From NCBI RefSeq assembly GCF_963921235.1, contig NC_086097.1, positions 19,718,001 to 19,782,000 of the forward strand: a DNA stretch of 64,000 bases, written 5' to 3'. The notes below the pieces were generated by a model. The model ran no database searches and was not told the DNA's origin. It saw only the letters and a list, made by a program, of their open reading frames with translations. Shown one piece after another: positions 50,901 to 62,900 of the stretch. This stretch comes from Mobula hypostoma. Its lineage: Eukaryota. Both the position numbers and the translations under genes were made by a program. How positions within the stretch are numbered: the stretch's first letter is position 1; every line of letters begins with the position of its first letter.

Positions 50901-53900
50901 ATAGATGCTGCCTGACCTGCTGAGTTCCTCCTGTATATTGTGTGTCTGTGTGTAAACTAAGTTTCTGTTGGCTGTTCACTGAAAGAATTATAGTGGTCGG
51001 GGGGAGGAGGGTAATAAAGCCTTTTACACAGAGGGTGATCAGAAGTTGGTGTGGGAATGTGGAGGGGAATTTAAGTGATGTAATCAGCAACTCATGATGG
51101 GTAATTAGTGTAAGCTTTCGTGAAGCAAGAGGGCACAAACACCTTGAAAAGGGATCAAAAAACTGCGGGAGAGAAGGATTAAAAGGAGCCTCCTGCTGAC
51201 AACACAGTTGTCCTGGTGATCTCTGATCATTTATCAGCTAGTTTCTGCTGGTCAGAACATCTACCTCCAACACTTCCAGGAAATGTTCCGGCAATGATGG
51301 GCTATTCACTGAAAAACCTACAGAAACTACGGATGCTTTAAATCTGAAATAAAAGCAGAGAGTATCAACACTCAGCAGGGCAGGCAGCACTCATGAGAAG
51401 AGATAGAGTTATTGTGGTCACCATTGCCCTCTCCACCATTACATTTACATGGAGCACTGCCAGAGGAAAGCAGTATCCATCATCACCGTCCCCACTTCCC
51501 TGACCATGCTCTCTTCTCGCTACCACCATCGAGCAGGAGGTACAGGGCTGCAAGTCCCTCGCCGCCAGGTACAGGAACACTTAATATCCTTGAACCATCA
51601 GGCTCCTGAACCGGCATGGATAACTTCATTCACCTCAACTGATTCCATGACCCACAGACTCACTTTCAAGGACTCTTTACAACTCGTGTTCTCCATATTG
51701 TTTTCGTATACAACATTTGTCTTTTGCACTCTAGTTGTTTGTCAGTCTTTGTTGCACTGTGGTTTTCTGCAGATTCTATAATATTTCTTTATTTTTCCTG
51801 TAAATGCCTGCAAGAAAATAAATCTCAAGGTGGTGCCGTGGATTCAGTTAATTGGGACATATCGGGACCAGTACATTTTGGCATAATTAAGCAGCTGCTC
51901 CAATTAGCTGAAGTTTCATGGAAATAGATAAAAAAGCAAACTACTATTTAACTGAGTAACAAATTATGTATTTAAATAAACTATAGAACAAATTGGTACA
52001 CTATCAACACTACTACAGTACTATAAAACTGCGTATTAGTCCCATTAGTTCTCAATGGAGGAATCATGCTACCGTGTTCTTTCAATTAATCATAAATCAC
52101 AAAATCAGCACAAACACCTAGCATAAATAATGGACTGTCTTCATACTAATGTCGACAATTGCATCCTCCAAATTTTCATTTTAACATTCAAGATGATTGT
52201 CGATACTTTCAAATTCTTCATGGTTGTTGAAGTAGTGTAATCATTTCATTTTCACTCCCGGCTGTTTCTGCCATCCTCAAGCCTGAGTGCTTGGAACCAC
52301 AGTGAGCAAAACAGTTCTGAATTGTCATACTGTTTATTTCTCACCAACAATAAGTGACAAAAATCGTCGCTTTTTGAACACAAGCACACGCAACTGGCGC
52401 TATTTAAAAACTGTTTCCTTTAAGCAGAGAGTAGCGTCTCACAGCCACACAAATGCGCCCGTCTGAAGCTAGTTAGAAATAATCTGACAACAGTCTCCTG
52501 ACCCAGTTAAGTGGCACAGTGTCCCATAGAGAGAGTTAAGTGCACCAGGTTGCTGGGAGCTTACATCATGGATGACCTCACCCGGTCCCTTAATATCACC
52601 TCCCTGATCAGGAGGCCAAAGCCTAAGAAGACTGAGGCAAGCAAGGCCCCTCCCCCCTCCCCCCCCCCACCTTAATTGCCTTGTACAGAAGCACCTTTGA
52701 GAAGTTGCATCTCCATCTGGTATGGGAGCAGTCGAGCATCGGACCGGAAATTCCTACAAAGAACTGTGAGAATGGCTGAGAGGGTCATAAGGGTCTCCCT
52801 ACCATTCATCGGGGACATTTATCAGGAGCGTTGCCTACGCAGGGTCCTTAGTATAACCAAGGATCCCACCTATACACCTCTATCAAGTCACCTCTCATCC
52901 TCCTTCACCCTGGCTCGTCCATAAGACATGCTGTCTAACCCAGGTGAATTTACTGAATTGAATAATATTATGGAAGATCGTTCATATGTCGGGGTATCCA
53001 TAAGTCAGATGTTTGTAATTTGTGGACAGTTAATTTTCCAGTCAGTAGAAAATTGGATGGGCTTCAGTTGAGTTTCAGTGTGCTCTGGTAAGGAGTCAGC
53101 TTTTGTTTTAGAGATACAGCATGGTGACAGGCCCAAGGAAGGAGCCTGTGCCGTCCAGTTACACCCACGTGACTAATAAACCTACTCACCCATATGCCTT
53201 TGGAATGTGGGAGGAAACTGGAGTATCTGGAGGAGATCTACATGTCACGGGGAGAATGTGCAAACTTCTTTCAGGCAGCCACGGAGTTGTTAACTAACGC
53301 TGGCTATGGGGTGGTTTGTTGGGGGTGGTGTAGTGGTGCTGACCCAAATAAATGAAGAGAATCCCAGCTATTTTCTCAATTAGTTTTTGTTCTTTAAGAG
53401 TTGTCCCAAATAAGCAGCTGTCCTGATGAACCAATGGCCTCATTAAGTCCAGTTTTATTGTCATTTAACTATATAAATGTATATAACATATATAATGTAT
53501 ATAGAAACGAGACAACTTTTCTCTGAACCAGGGTGTAAAGTTCAGTAGTACGCATGACACACGATAACTTATGAAGGCAAGGTTAAAATCTACTGAGCAG
53601 GGTGTAAAGTGAATTCTGGGCTGGGTGATTCACTCAGTGTGACGCAGAAGGAAGCCATTCAGCCGATTGAGAATGCCAGCTCCCCACGAGAGCATACCAA
53701 TCAGTCGCAGCTTCCCTCTCTAGTTCACGTTTAAGATTATTGTAATCTGACTGTACATACATATGACCAAACAAAATAACATACCTCTGAATCATGGTGC
53801 ACCAAGGTGTATAAGGTGATAAAAGGAGTAGATAGAGTGAGAGCAACAAAGGGCAACAGAGAGCCCTTTTCCCCCCAGAGTGCAATGGCTAATACTACAA

Positions 53901-56900
53901 AGCATGATTTAAGATGATTGGAGGAAATTCTAGGGAGGAATGTCAGAGGTAGTTATTTTTACACACTGAGAGTGGTGGTGTGCGGAACGTGCTGCCAGGG
54001 GTGGTGGGAGAGGCAGATACATTAGAGACATTTAAGGGACTCTTAGATAGACATGTGGATGAAAGAAAAACGCAGCAATACGGGGGAGGGAAGGTTTAGA
54101 TTGATCTTGGATTAAGTCAAAAGGTCGGCACAACATCGCAGGCTGAAGGGCCTGTTGGTCTCACATTTTTGCCATTTAGTCTTTCTTGGGTCTCCAGCCT
54201 GTCACAGACATTCCCTTTATTCTGAAAATACTATGCAGATGCTGGAAATCTAAACCTCTGTCCTGAAGATGGATGATCAACATAAAATGTTAACCCTTTT
54301 TCCTCTCTCCATAGGTGCTGCCTGACCTGCTGAGTATCCCCAAAGGGAAACAGAGACGAGGCATAAATGGACCTTTTTCGTTAATGAGAGGAGTGCTACA
54401 AGGATCAATGGCTTAGATGAGGACACCAAAATATGATTGCTAAACTAACTGATAATGCAAAGATGGGGAAGGAAACTGTCATGAGGAAATAGTCTACAAC
54501 TGGATACTGATAAATCAGTACGACGTAGGGGCCTCTCTATTTCCTCATTACAGTTTGTAATGAGGTGTGGAGTGCAAGTGATTGTCCTAGTCACTTTTCC
54601 TGTGATCACAAGACCCTGTTGGACATCAGTGGTGTGGAATGTCACAACTCCAATTCATTGGTTTACTGACAAACGGCGGGGGAGTTGCACGGCTACTAGT
54701 CCCCAAGTCACGGCGATGCCTGTTTGCAGCCGCCCAGGGAGAGGCGTCGGAGTCGGACACTCCACTGGAGTACTGGAGGCAGTGCATTGCGGTGTCCAAG
54801 CTGGAGTTGGTACTGCCCTCCAGTGTTTGCTCAGCAGAAGACAAGATGTATTGTATTGCAGACTGCTGCAACCCTCAGGGAGTCATGGACTTGGACTATA
54901 TTTTTCGGTGTGACTGTATATTACTGCTACCTTATATGTGCCTTGTGTTATGTATGACTGTTGGTGCTGTGTTTTGCACCTTGGCCCAGCAGTAATGCTG
55001 TTTCTCTGTATTCATGTATGGCTGAATGATTATTAAACTTGAACTTGATAGGTAAATACAGGAGCAACAGCCTGGCAAATAGAGTACAATGTGGGGAAAC
55101 AAGGAACCATAAGCAGAAAAGAAAGCATATTAACTAAACAGCGTGAGATTGTCAAGCTCAGAGATGCAGAAGGATCTGAGCAGTCTAACTCAGCAGCCTG
55201 AAAAAGGCTGACATGCAGGTTACAACAAGAAATGAGGAACAAAATGTTATGGTTTATTGAGAGATTATACTTCAGATCATGAAACACCTGCAAGTTCTGT
55301 GTATAGTGCTAGCCTTCTTACAAAGGAAAGGATGTTAAAGTATTGGATGCGGTCCAGAGATTGAGCAAAGTAATAACAACTTTATAACCTGCATATGTTC
55401 ACCCTATCTATATCCATCATTATTTTGTATACCTCTATAAGATCTCCCCTCATTCTCCTGCACTCCAGGGAATGAAGTCTTAACCTTTTCAACCTTTCCC
55501 TTTAACTCAGGTTCTCAAATCCTGACAACATCCTTATAAATTTTCTCTGCACTCTTTCAAGCTTATTGACATCTTTCTTGTAAGTAGGTGACCAGAACTG
55601 CACACAATACTCCAAATTCAGCCTCACCAACATCTTGCACAACTTCAACATAACATCCCAAATGCTTGTATTCAATGCCCTGATTATGAAGCCAAAAGAT
55701 CTCTTTATGATCCTATCTATCTGTAATGTCTCTTTCCAGGAATTATGGAACTGCATTCCCAGATCTACCACACACCTCAGAGCCCTACCCCGGTTTGTCA
55801 AGTCAAGTCAAGTTTATTCTCATTTCGACCATAAGCTGCAGGTACAGTACACAGTGAAAACGAAACAATGTTCCTCCAGGACCATGGTGCCAAATTGCAA
55901 CACTTAACACTTGTCTGTGTTAAATTCCATCCGTCATTTTTCAGCCAATTTTTCCAGCTGATTCACAAGTTTTGACAGCCTTTCTCGCTATTTACTATGA
56001 CCCCAGGCTTGGTGTCATCGACAAAGTTGCTGATCCAGTTTACCAGATCTCAGTTCCAAACACTATGCTTTGTTCCCAAACTGTGGGGCTGGGTCCTAGA
56101 TCTTCAATAAGGGAAAAAGTCCTCTTTACATCTGGCCTGCCAAGCCCTTTTAGAAAGGGCTAAATGAGATCTTTTCTCATTTTTCGAAACTCCAGGGAAT
56201 GCAGTCCCATTCTAAGATGATGGAGACCCGAAGTCAATGATGGCCTAAGTTATACTGGGATGTAAGGGCCTAAGAAGGAGAAGGTGAAGGGTACAGTCCC
56301 ATTCTACTCAACCTCTCCTCATATGGCAAACCTACCATCCCTGCAACCAGTCCGGTGAATTCCCAAGTACGTCCTTCCATGGAGAAGGAGACTAAAACTT
56401 CAGTCCATACTCCTGGTTTTATTTAGGTTTTACTAAGACTTCCTTATTTCTATAATCAAATCCACTCGTCAGAAAGTCCCTAATTGCCTGCTGCATTTGC
56501 ACACCGGACTTCCACAGCCTGGGTTCAAGCACAACCTTTGAACCTCAACAATTGTTGGGGTGCCTCAAGAAGGTGGCATCCATCATTAAAGACCTTTACC
56601 ATCCAGAACATGCCCTCTTCTCATTACTACCATCAGGGAGGAGGCACAGGAGCCTGAAGCACACTCAACATTTCAGCTTCTTCCCCACCATCATCGGATT
56701 TCTGAAAGGATCATCAACACTACCTCACTTTCTGCACAACTTACTTATTTTATATGCATGTTGCTTATTGCAACTAGTAGTAATTTATATCCTGCTGCCA
56801 CAAAACAACAAATGTCACGACATGTGTCAGTGATAATAAACATTCTGATTCTGATTCTGAAAGGGTGGTTACTTTATGAGGGAAGATTGGGTGTGTAAGG

Positions 56901-59900
56901 CGTAGAACTGCACGATTTCAGATGAATGTGAACGAAGGACAGAAATATGAGATCCTGAGTGATCTCCTGCTTACGGTCAGGCAGGAGGTACATGAGCCTG
57001 AATTCCCACACATCACCAGATTCATGAATGGTTACTTTCCTACGCCCAGTACAATTCTAATCCCACCTCAGCAACAAAACACGATAGATCACCCTAATGC
57101 ACTACAGTGGATTTGCCCCAACTGTGTTTTTCATTTTTGTATGGCAGAATTTTTTAAATCTCTACACTGTCTTACATAATTTATATTCTGTGGGTCTGTG
57201 CCTATGTGCCTGTGATGATATTGCAAGCAAGTTTGTTTGTTGTACCTGTTCCTCAGAATGAGAATAAAAGCAGCTTGACGTGACTGAGTGGATGTGGGGA
57301 TAATGTTTCCTCTAGGGCAGGAAATCCCCCTTCGGCCCTTCAAGCCTGCACCGCCATTCTGAGATCATGGTTGATCATCTACTATCAATACCCGGTTCCT
57401 GCCTTGTCCCCATAACCCTTGATTCCCCTATCCATAAGATACCTATCTAGCTCCTTCTTGAAAGCATCCAGAGAATTGGCCTCCGCTGCCTTCTGAGGCA
57501 GCGCGTTCCACACCTCCACAACTCTCTGGGAGAAGAAATTCCTCCTCAACTCTGTCCTAAATGACCTACCCCTTATTCTTAAACCATGCCCTCTGGTACT
57601 GGACTCTCCCAGCATCTGGAACATATTTCCTGCCTCTATCTTGTCCAATCCCTTAATAATCTTATATGTCTCAATCAGATCTCCCCTCAATCTCCTTAAT
57701 TCCAGTGTGTACAAGCCCAGCTTCTCTAACCTCTCTGCGTAAGACAGTCTGGACATCCCAGGAATTAACCTAGTGAACCTACGCTGCACCTCCTCCACAG
57801 CCAGGATGTCCTTCCTTAACCCTGGAGACCAAAACTGCACACAGTACTCCAGGTGTGGTCTCACCAGGGCCCTGTACAAATGCAAAAGGATTTCCTTGCT
57901 CTTGTACTCAATTCCCTTTGTAATAAAGGCCAACATTCCATTAGCCTTCTTCACTGCCTGCTGCACTTGCTCATTCACCTTCAGAGACTGATGAACAAGT
58001 ACTCCTAGATCTCTTTGTATTTCTCCCTTACCTAAATCCACACCGTTCAGATAATAATCTGCCTTTCTGTTCTTGCTCCCAAAGTGAATAACCTCACACT
58101 TATTCATATTAAACACCATCTGCCAAGTTTCTGCCCACTCACCCAGCCTATCCAAGTCACCTTGAATTCTCCTAACATCCTCATCACATGTCACACTGCC
58201 ACCCAGCTTAGAACCATCAGCAAACCTGCTGATGTTATTCACAATGCCTTCCTCTAAATCATTGACGTAAATCGTAAACAGCTGTGGTCCCAATACCGAG
58301 CCCTGTGGCACCCCACTAGTCACCACCTGCCATTCCGAGAAACACCCATTCACTGCTACCCTTTGCTTTCTATCTGCCAACCAGTTCTCTATCCATGTCA
58401 ATATCCTCCCCCCAATGCCATGAGCTCTGATTTTACCCACCAATCTCCTATGTGGTACCTTATCGAATGCCTTCTGAAAGTCAAGGTACACCACATCCAC
58501 TGGATTTCCCGCGTCCATCTTCCTGGTTACATCCTCGAAAAACTCCAATAGATTAGTCAAGCATGATTTGCCCTTGGTAAATCCATGCTCGCTCGGCCCA
58601 ATCTTATCACTGCTATCAAGATATGCCGCTATTTCATCTTTAATGATGGACTCTAGCATCTTCCCCACTACTGATGTTAGGCTAACAGGGCGATAGTTCT
58701 CTGTTTTCCCCCTCCCTCCTTTCTTAAAAAGTGGGATAACATTAGCCATTCGCCAATCCTCAGGAACTGATCCTGAATCTAAGGAACATTGGAAAATGAT
58801 CACCAATGCATCCGCATTTCCGGAGCCACCTCCTTTAGTACCCTAGGATGCAGACCATCTGGACCTGGGGATTTGTCAGCCTTCAGCCCCATCAGTGTAC
58901 TCATCACCGTTTCCTTCCTAATGTCAATCTGTTTCAGTTCCTCTGTTACCCTATGTCCTTGGCCCATCCATACATCTGGGAGATTGCTTGTGTCTTCTCT
59001 AGTGAAGACAGATCCAAAGTACTTATTAAATTCGTCTGCTATTTCTCTATTTCCCATAACAATTTCTCCCAATTCATTCTTCAAGGGCCCAACATTGTTC
59101 TTAACTATCTTCCTTCTCTTCACATACCTAAAAAAACTTTTGCTATCCCCCTTTATATTCCTGGCTAGCTTGCGTTCATACTTCATTTTTTCTCCCCATA
59201 TTGCCTTTTCAGTTAAGTTCTGTTGCTCCTTAAAAATTTCCCAATCATTTGTCTTCCCACTCACCTTAGCTCTGTTATACTTCTTTTTTAATGCTATGCT
59301 ATCTCTGACTTCCTTTGTCAACCACTGTGGCCACTTTCCCCCCTTTGAATCCTTCCTTCTCCGGGGGATGAATTGATTTTGCACCTTGTGCATTATTCCC
59401 AAGAATACCTGCCATTTCTGTTCCACTGTCTTTTCTGCTAGGATATCCGACCAGTCAACTTTGGCCAGCTCCTCCCTCATGGCTCCATAGTCTCCTTTGT
59501 TCAACTGCAATACTGACACTTCTGATCTGCCCTTATCCCTCTCAACTCGCAGATAAAAACTTATCATATTATGGTCACTACCTCCTAATGGCTCCTTTAC
59601 TTCAAGATCACTTATCAAATCCTGTTCATTGCACAACACTAAATCCAGAATAGCCTTATCCCTGGTCGGCTCTCGTACAAGCTGCTCCAAAAATGCATCC
59701 CGTAGGCTCTCTACAAACTCCCTATCCTGGGGTCCAGTACCAACCTGATTTTCCCAGTTCACCTGCATGTTGAACTCCCCCATAACTACTGCGACATTTC
59801 CTTTGCCACATGCCATTGTTAACTCCCTATTCAACTTGCACCTAATATCCATGGTACTGTTTGGGGGCCTGTAGATAACACCTATTAGGGTCTTTTTGCC

Positions 59901-62900
59901 CTTACTGTTCCTCAGTTCTATCCACACTGATTCTACTTCTCCTGATTCTATGTCCCCCCCTTGCAAGGGACTGAATTTCATTCCTCACCAACAGGGCCAC
60001 CCCACCCCCTCTGCCCACCTTTCTGTCCCTTCGATAGCACGTATACCCTTGTACATTCAATTCCCAGGTCTGATCCCCCTGCAGCCATGTCTCCGTTATC
60101 CCAACAACATCATGGTTACCCATTCGCACCTGAGCTTCAAGCTCATCCGCCTTATTTCTGATACTTCCTGCATTCAGATACAGAATTTTTAACCCATTTC
60201 TCCTTTCTCTGTTTAAATCACTGCCTATTGTGCATAACCCAGCTCCCCCAACTCTCACCGGGCTATGCGCCCCTTGAATTTTGTTGTCCTTCTTAAATTT
60301 ACCTACTCTTTCTGCACATTTAACTCCATGCTCCGTCAGACCATCCCTCTGCACATGTATCCTCCTTATCACTCGTTCCGCCTCACCTTTCTCTACCTCA
60401 CACTTAATATCCCGGAACCGTGTAGTCCCCACCTGTCCTTTATACCTCATCTCGCTATCCTCTCTCACATTCTGGATCCCTGCCCCCTGCAAATTTAGTT
60501 TAAACCCCCCCAAGCAGCACTAGCAAACTTTCCTGCAAGAATGTTAGTACCCCTCCAGTTCAGGTGTAAATCGTCCCGTCGGAACAGATCCCACTTTCCC
60601 TGGAACAAAGCCCAATTATCTAAAAACCTGAAGCCCTCCCTCCTGCACCATCCTCTCAGCCACATATTGATCTGCATAATCCTTCTGTTCCACGCCTCAC
60701 TCACACGTGTCACAGGTAGCAATCCTGAGATTGTTACCCTGGAGGTCCTGCCCTTCAGCTTCGCACCTAACTCCCTGAACTCACTACACAGGACCCCCTC
60801 ACTCTTCCTACCCACGTCATTGGTCCCTACATGGACCACAACATCTGGATTCTTGCACTCCCTCTCGAGAATAACCTGCACCCGATCTGAGATGACCCGG
60901 ACCCCGGCACCAGGGAGGCAACATACCATCCGAGACTCCCGATCTCCCCCACAAAATCTCCTATCTGCCCCCCTGACTATAGAATCCCCTATCACTACCG
61001 CTGTCCTCTCTTCCCTCCTCCCCTTCTGAGTCGAGAGTCCAACCTCAGTGTCAGAGACAGGACCACTGCAACTTGTTCCTGGTAGGTCATCCCCACCAAC
61101 AGTATCCAAAACGGTATACTTATTGTTGATGGGAATGGCCACAGGGGTGCTCTGCTCTCTCTGCCTGCTCCCCCTCCATCTCCTGACAGTCACCCAGTTG
61201 CCTACCTCCCGACTTTTCGGTGTGACTACCTCCCGATCTCTGTCTCTGCCTCCCGAATGATCTGTAGTTCATCCAGCTCCAGCTCCAATTCCCTAACTTG
61301 CTCTGATAGGAGCTGCAGCTGGATGCACCTTCTGTAGGTGTGTTGACCCTGACCTCCCACATACTGCATACGGAGCACACCACTGCTCTAACTATCTCCC
61401 CCATTACCTGATCCCAGATTAATCAGATTTTTTATGCCATGGACCAATACCATTAATCAAGGAGTCCTCGGGCCCCAGGTTGGGAAGCCCTGCTGTAGGG
61501 AGAATCGAGAGAACTGCTTAAAGGCACATGGAGCAGGTCAATTTTTTTCCCTTCTCAGAGGGTCAGGGATCATTGGAACTCTCAGTCCATGTGACATAGG
61601 AGCAGAATCAGGCCATTTGGCTCATTGAATCTTCTCCACCATTCCATCATGGTCATAGAAAAGTACAGCATAAAAACAGACCCTTTGGCCCATCTAGTCC
61701 ATGCCGAACCTTTTAAACTGCCCTCTCCCATCAACCTGCACTGGGTCCATAACCCTCCATACCCCTATCATCCATGTACCTATTCAAACTTCTCATGAAC
61801 CTTGAAATCGAGCTCACATGCTCCACTTGTGCTGGCAGCGCATTTCACACTTTCATGACCCTCTGAATGAAGAAGTTTCCCCTCATGTTCCCCTTAAATT
61901 TGCACCTTTCACCTTTAACCCATAACCTCTAGTTTAGTCCCACCCAACCTCTGTGGAAAAAGCCTGATTGCCTTTCCCTATCTATACCCCTCATAATTTT
62001 GTATGCCTCAATCAAATCTCCTGTCAATCTTCTATGTGCCAAGGAATAAAGTCCTAGCCTATTAAATGTTTCCTTATAATTCAGATCCTCCAGTCCCAGC
62101 AATGTCCTTGTAAGTATTTTCCATACTCTTTCAACCTTATTGACATCTTACCTGTAGGTAGGTGACTAAAACTGCACAGAATACTCCAAATTAGGCTTCA
62201 CCAAGTTTCATACAACTTCAACATAACATCCCATCTCCTGTACTCAATACTTTGATTTATGAAGGAAAATAAATGGCTGATTTAATTTCCCTCTTTCACA
62301 ATCTCAGATTACTGCAAGGAGTTTTACACCAATACATGTGACCATTATTGCATTGTAGGAAGTGCAGTGGTCAAACAGCACACTTGTAGCTCCCACAGCA
62401 TCAGTCCAGAGCAACCAGATTGGAGACAGTGATTTAGTCTTCATTATTTAATTAAGGAGGGTTATGGTCTGGGTGCAGATCAATGGGAGTCGCCAGTTTA
62501 AATAGTTCAGCATGGACTAGATGAGACGAAGGGCCTGTTTCTGTGGCATATTTTTCTATGATTGTTTATCGGCCAACAACACTAACTCCCTTTTCTGCTT
62601 TGCAATAACGTCCATAAGACATTGGAGCAGAATTAAGCCATTCGGCCCATTGACTCTGCTCTGCCATTCCATCATCTTCCCTCTCAACCCCAATCTCCTG
62701 CTTTTTTCCCCATAACCTCTGACTCCCTGACCAACCACGAACATACCAACCTCCGCTTTAAATATGCCCAATGACTTGGCTGCCACAGCTGTCTGTGGCA
62801 ATGAATTCCACAGATTCACCACCCGCTGGCTAAAGGAATTCTTCTTCATCTCTGTACTAAAGGGATGTCTTTGTATGATGAGGCCTCCTCTTGCTCCTAA

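Noticed and set aside
57385..61193. Esterase, endonuclease and RT ORFs as host genes or a retron/defence-like operon
   Set aside because: This is the standard CR1 LINE ORF1/ORF2 layout, with frameshifts and a mutated RT active site.
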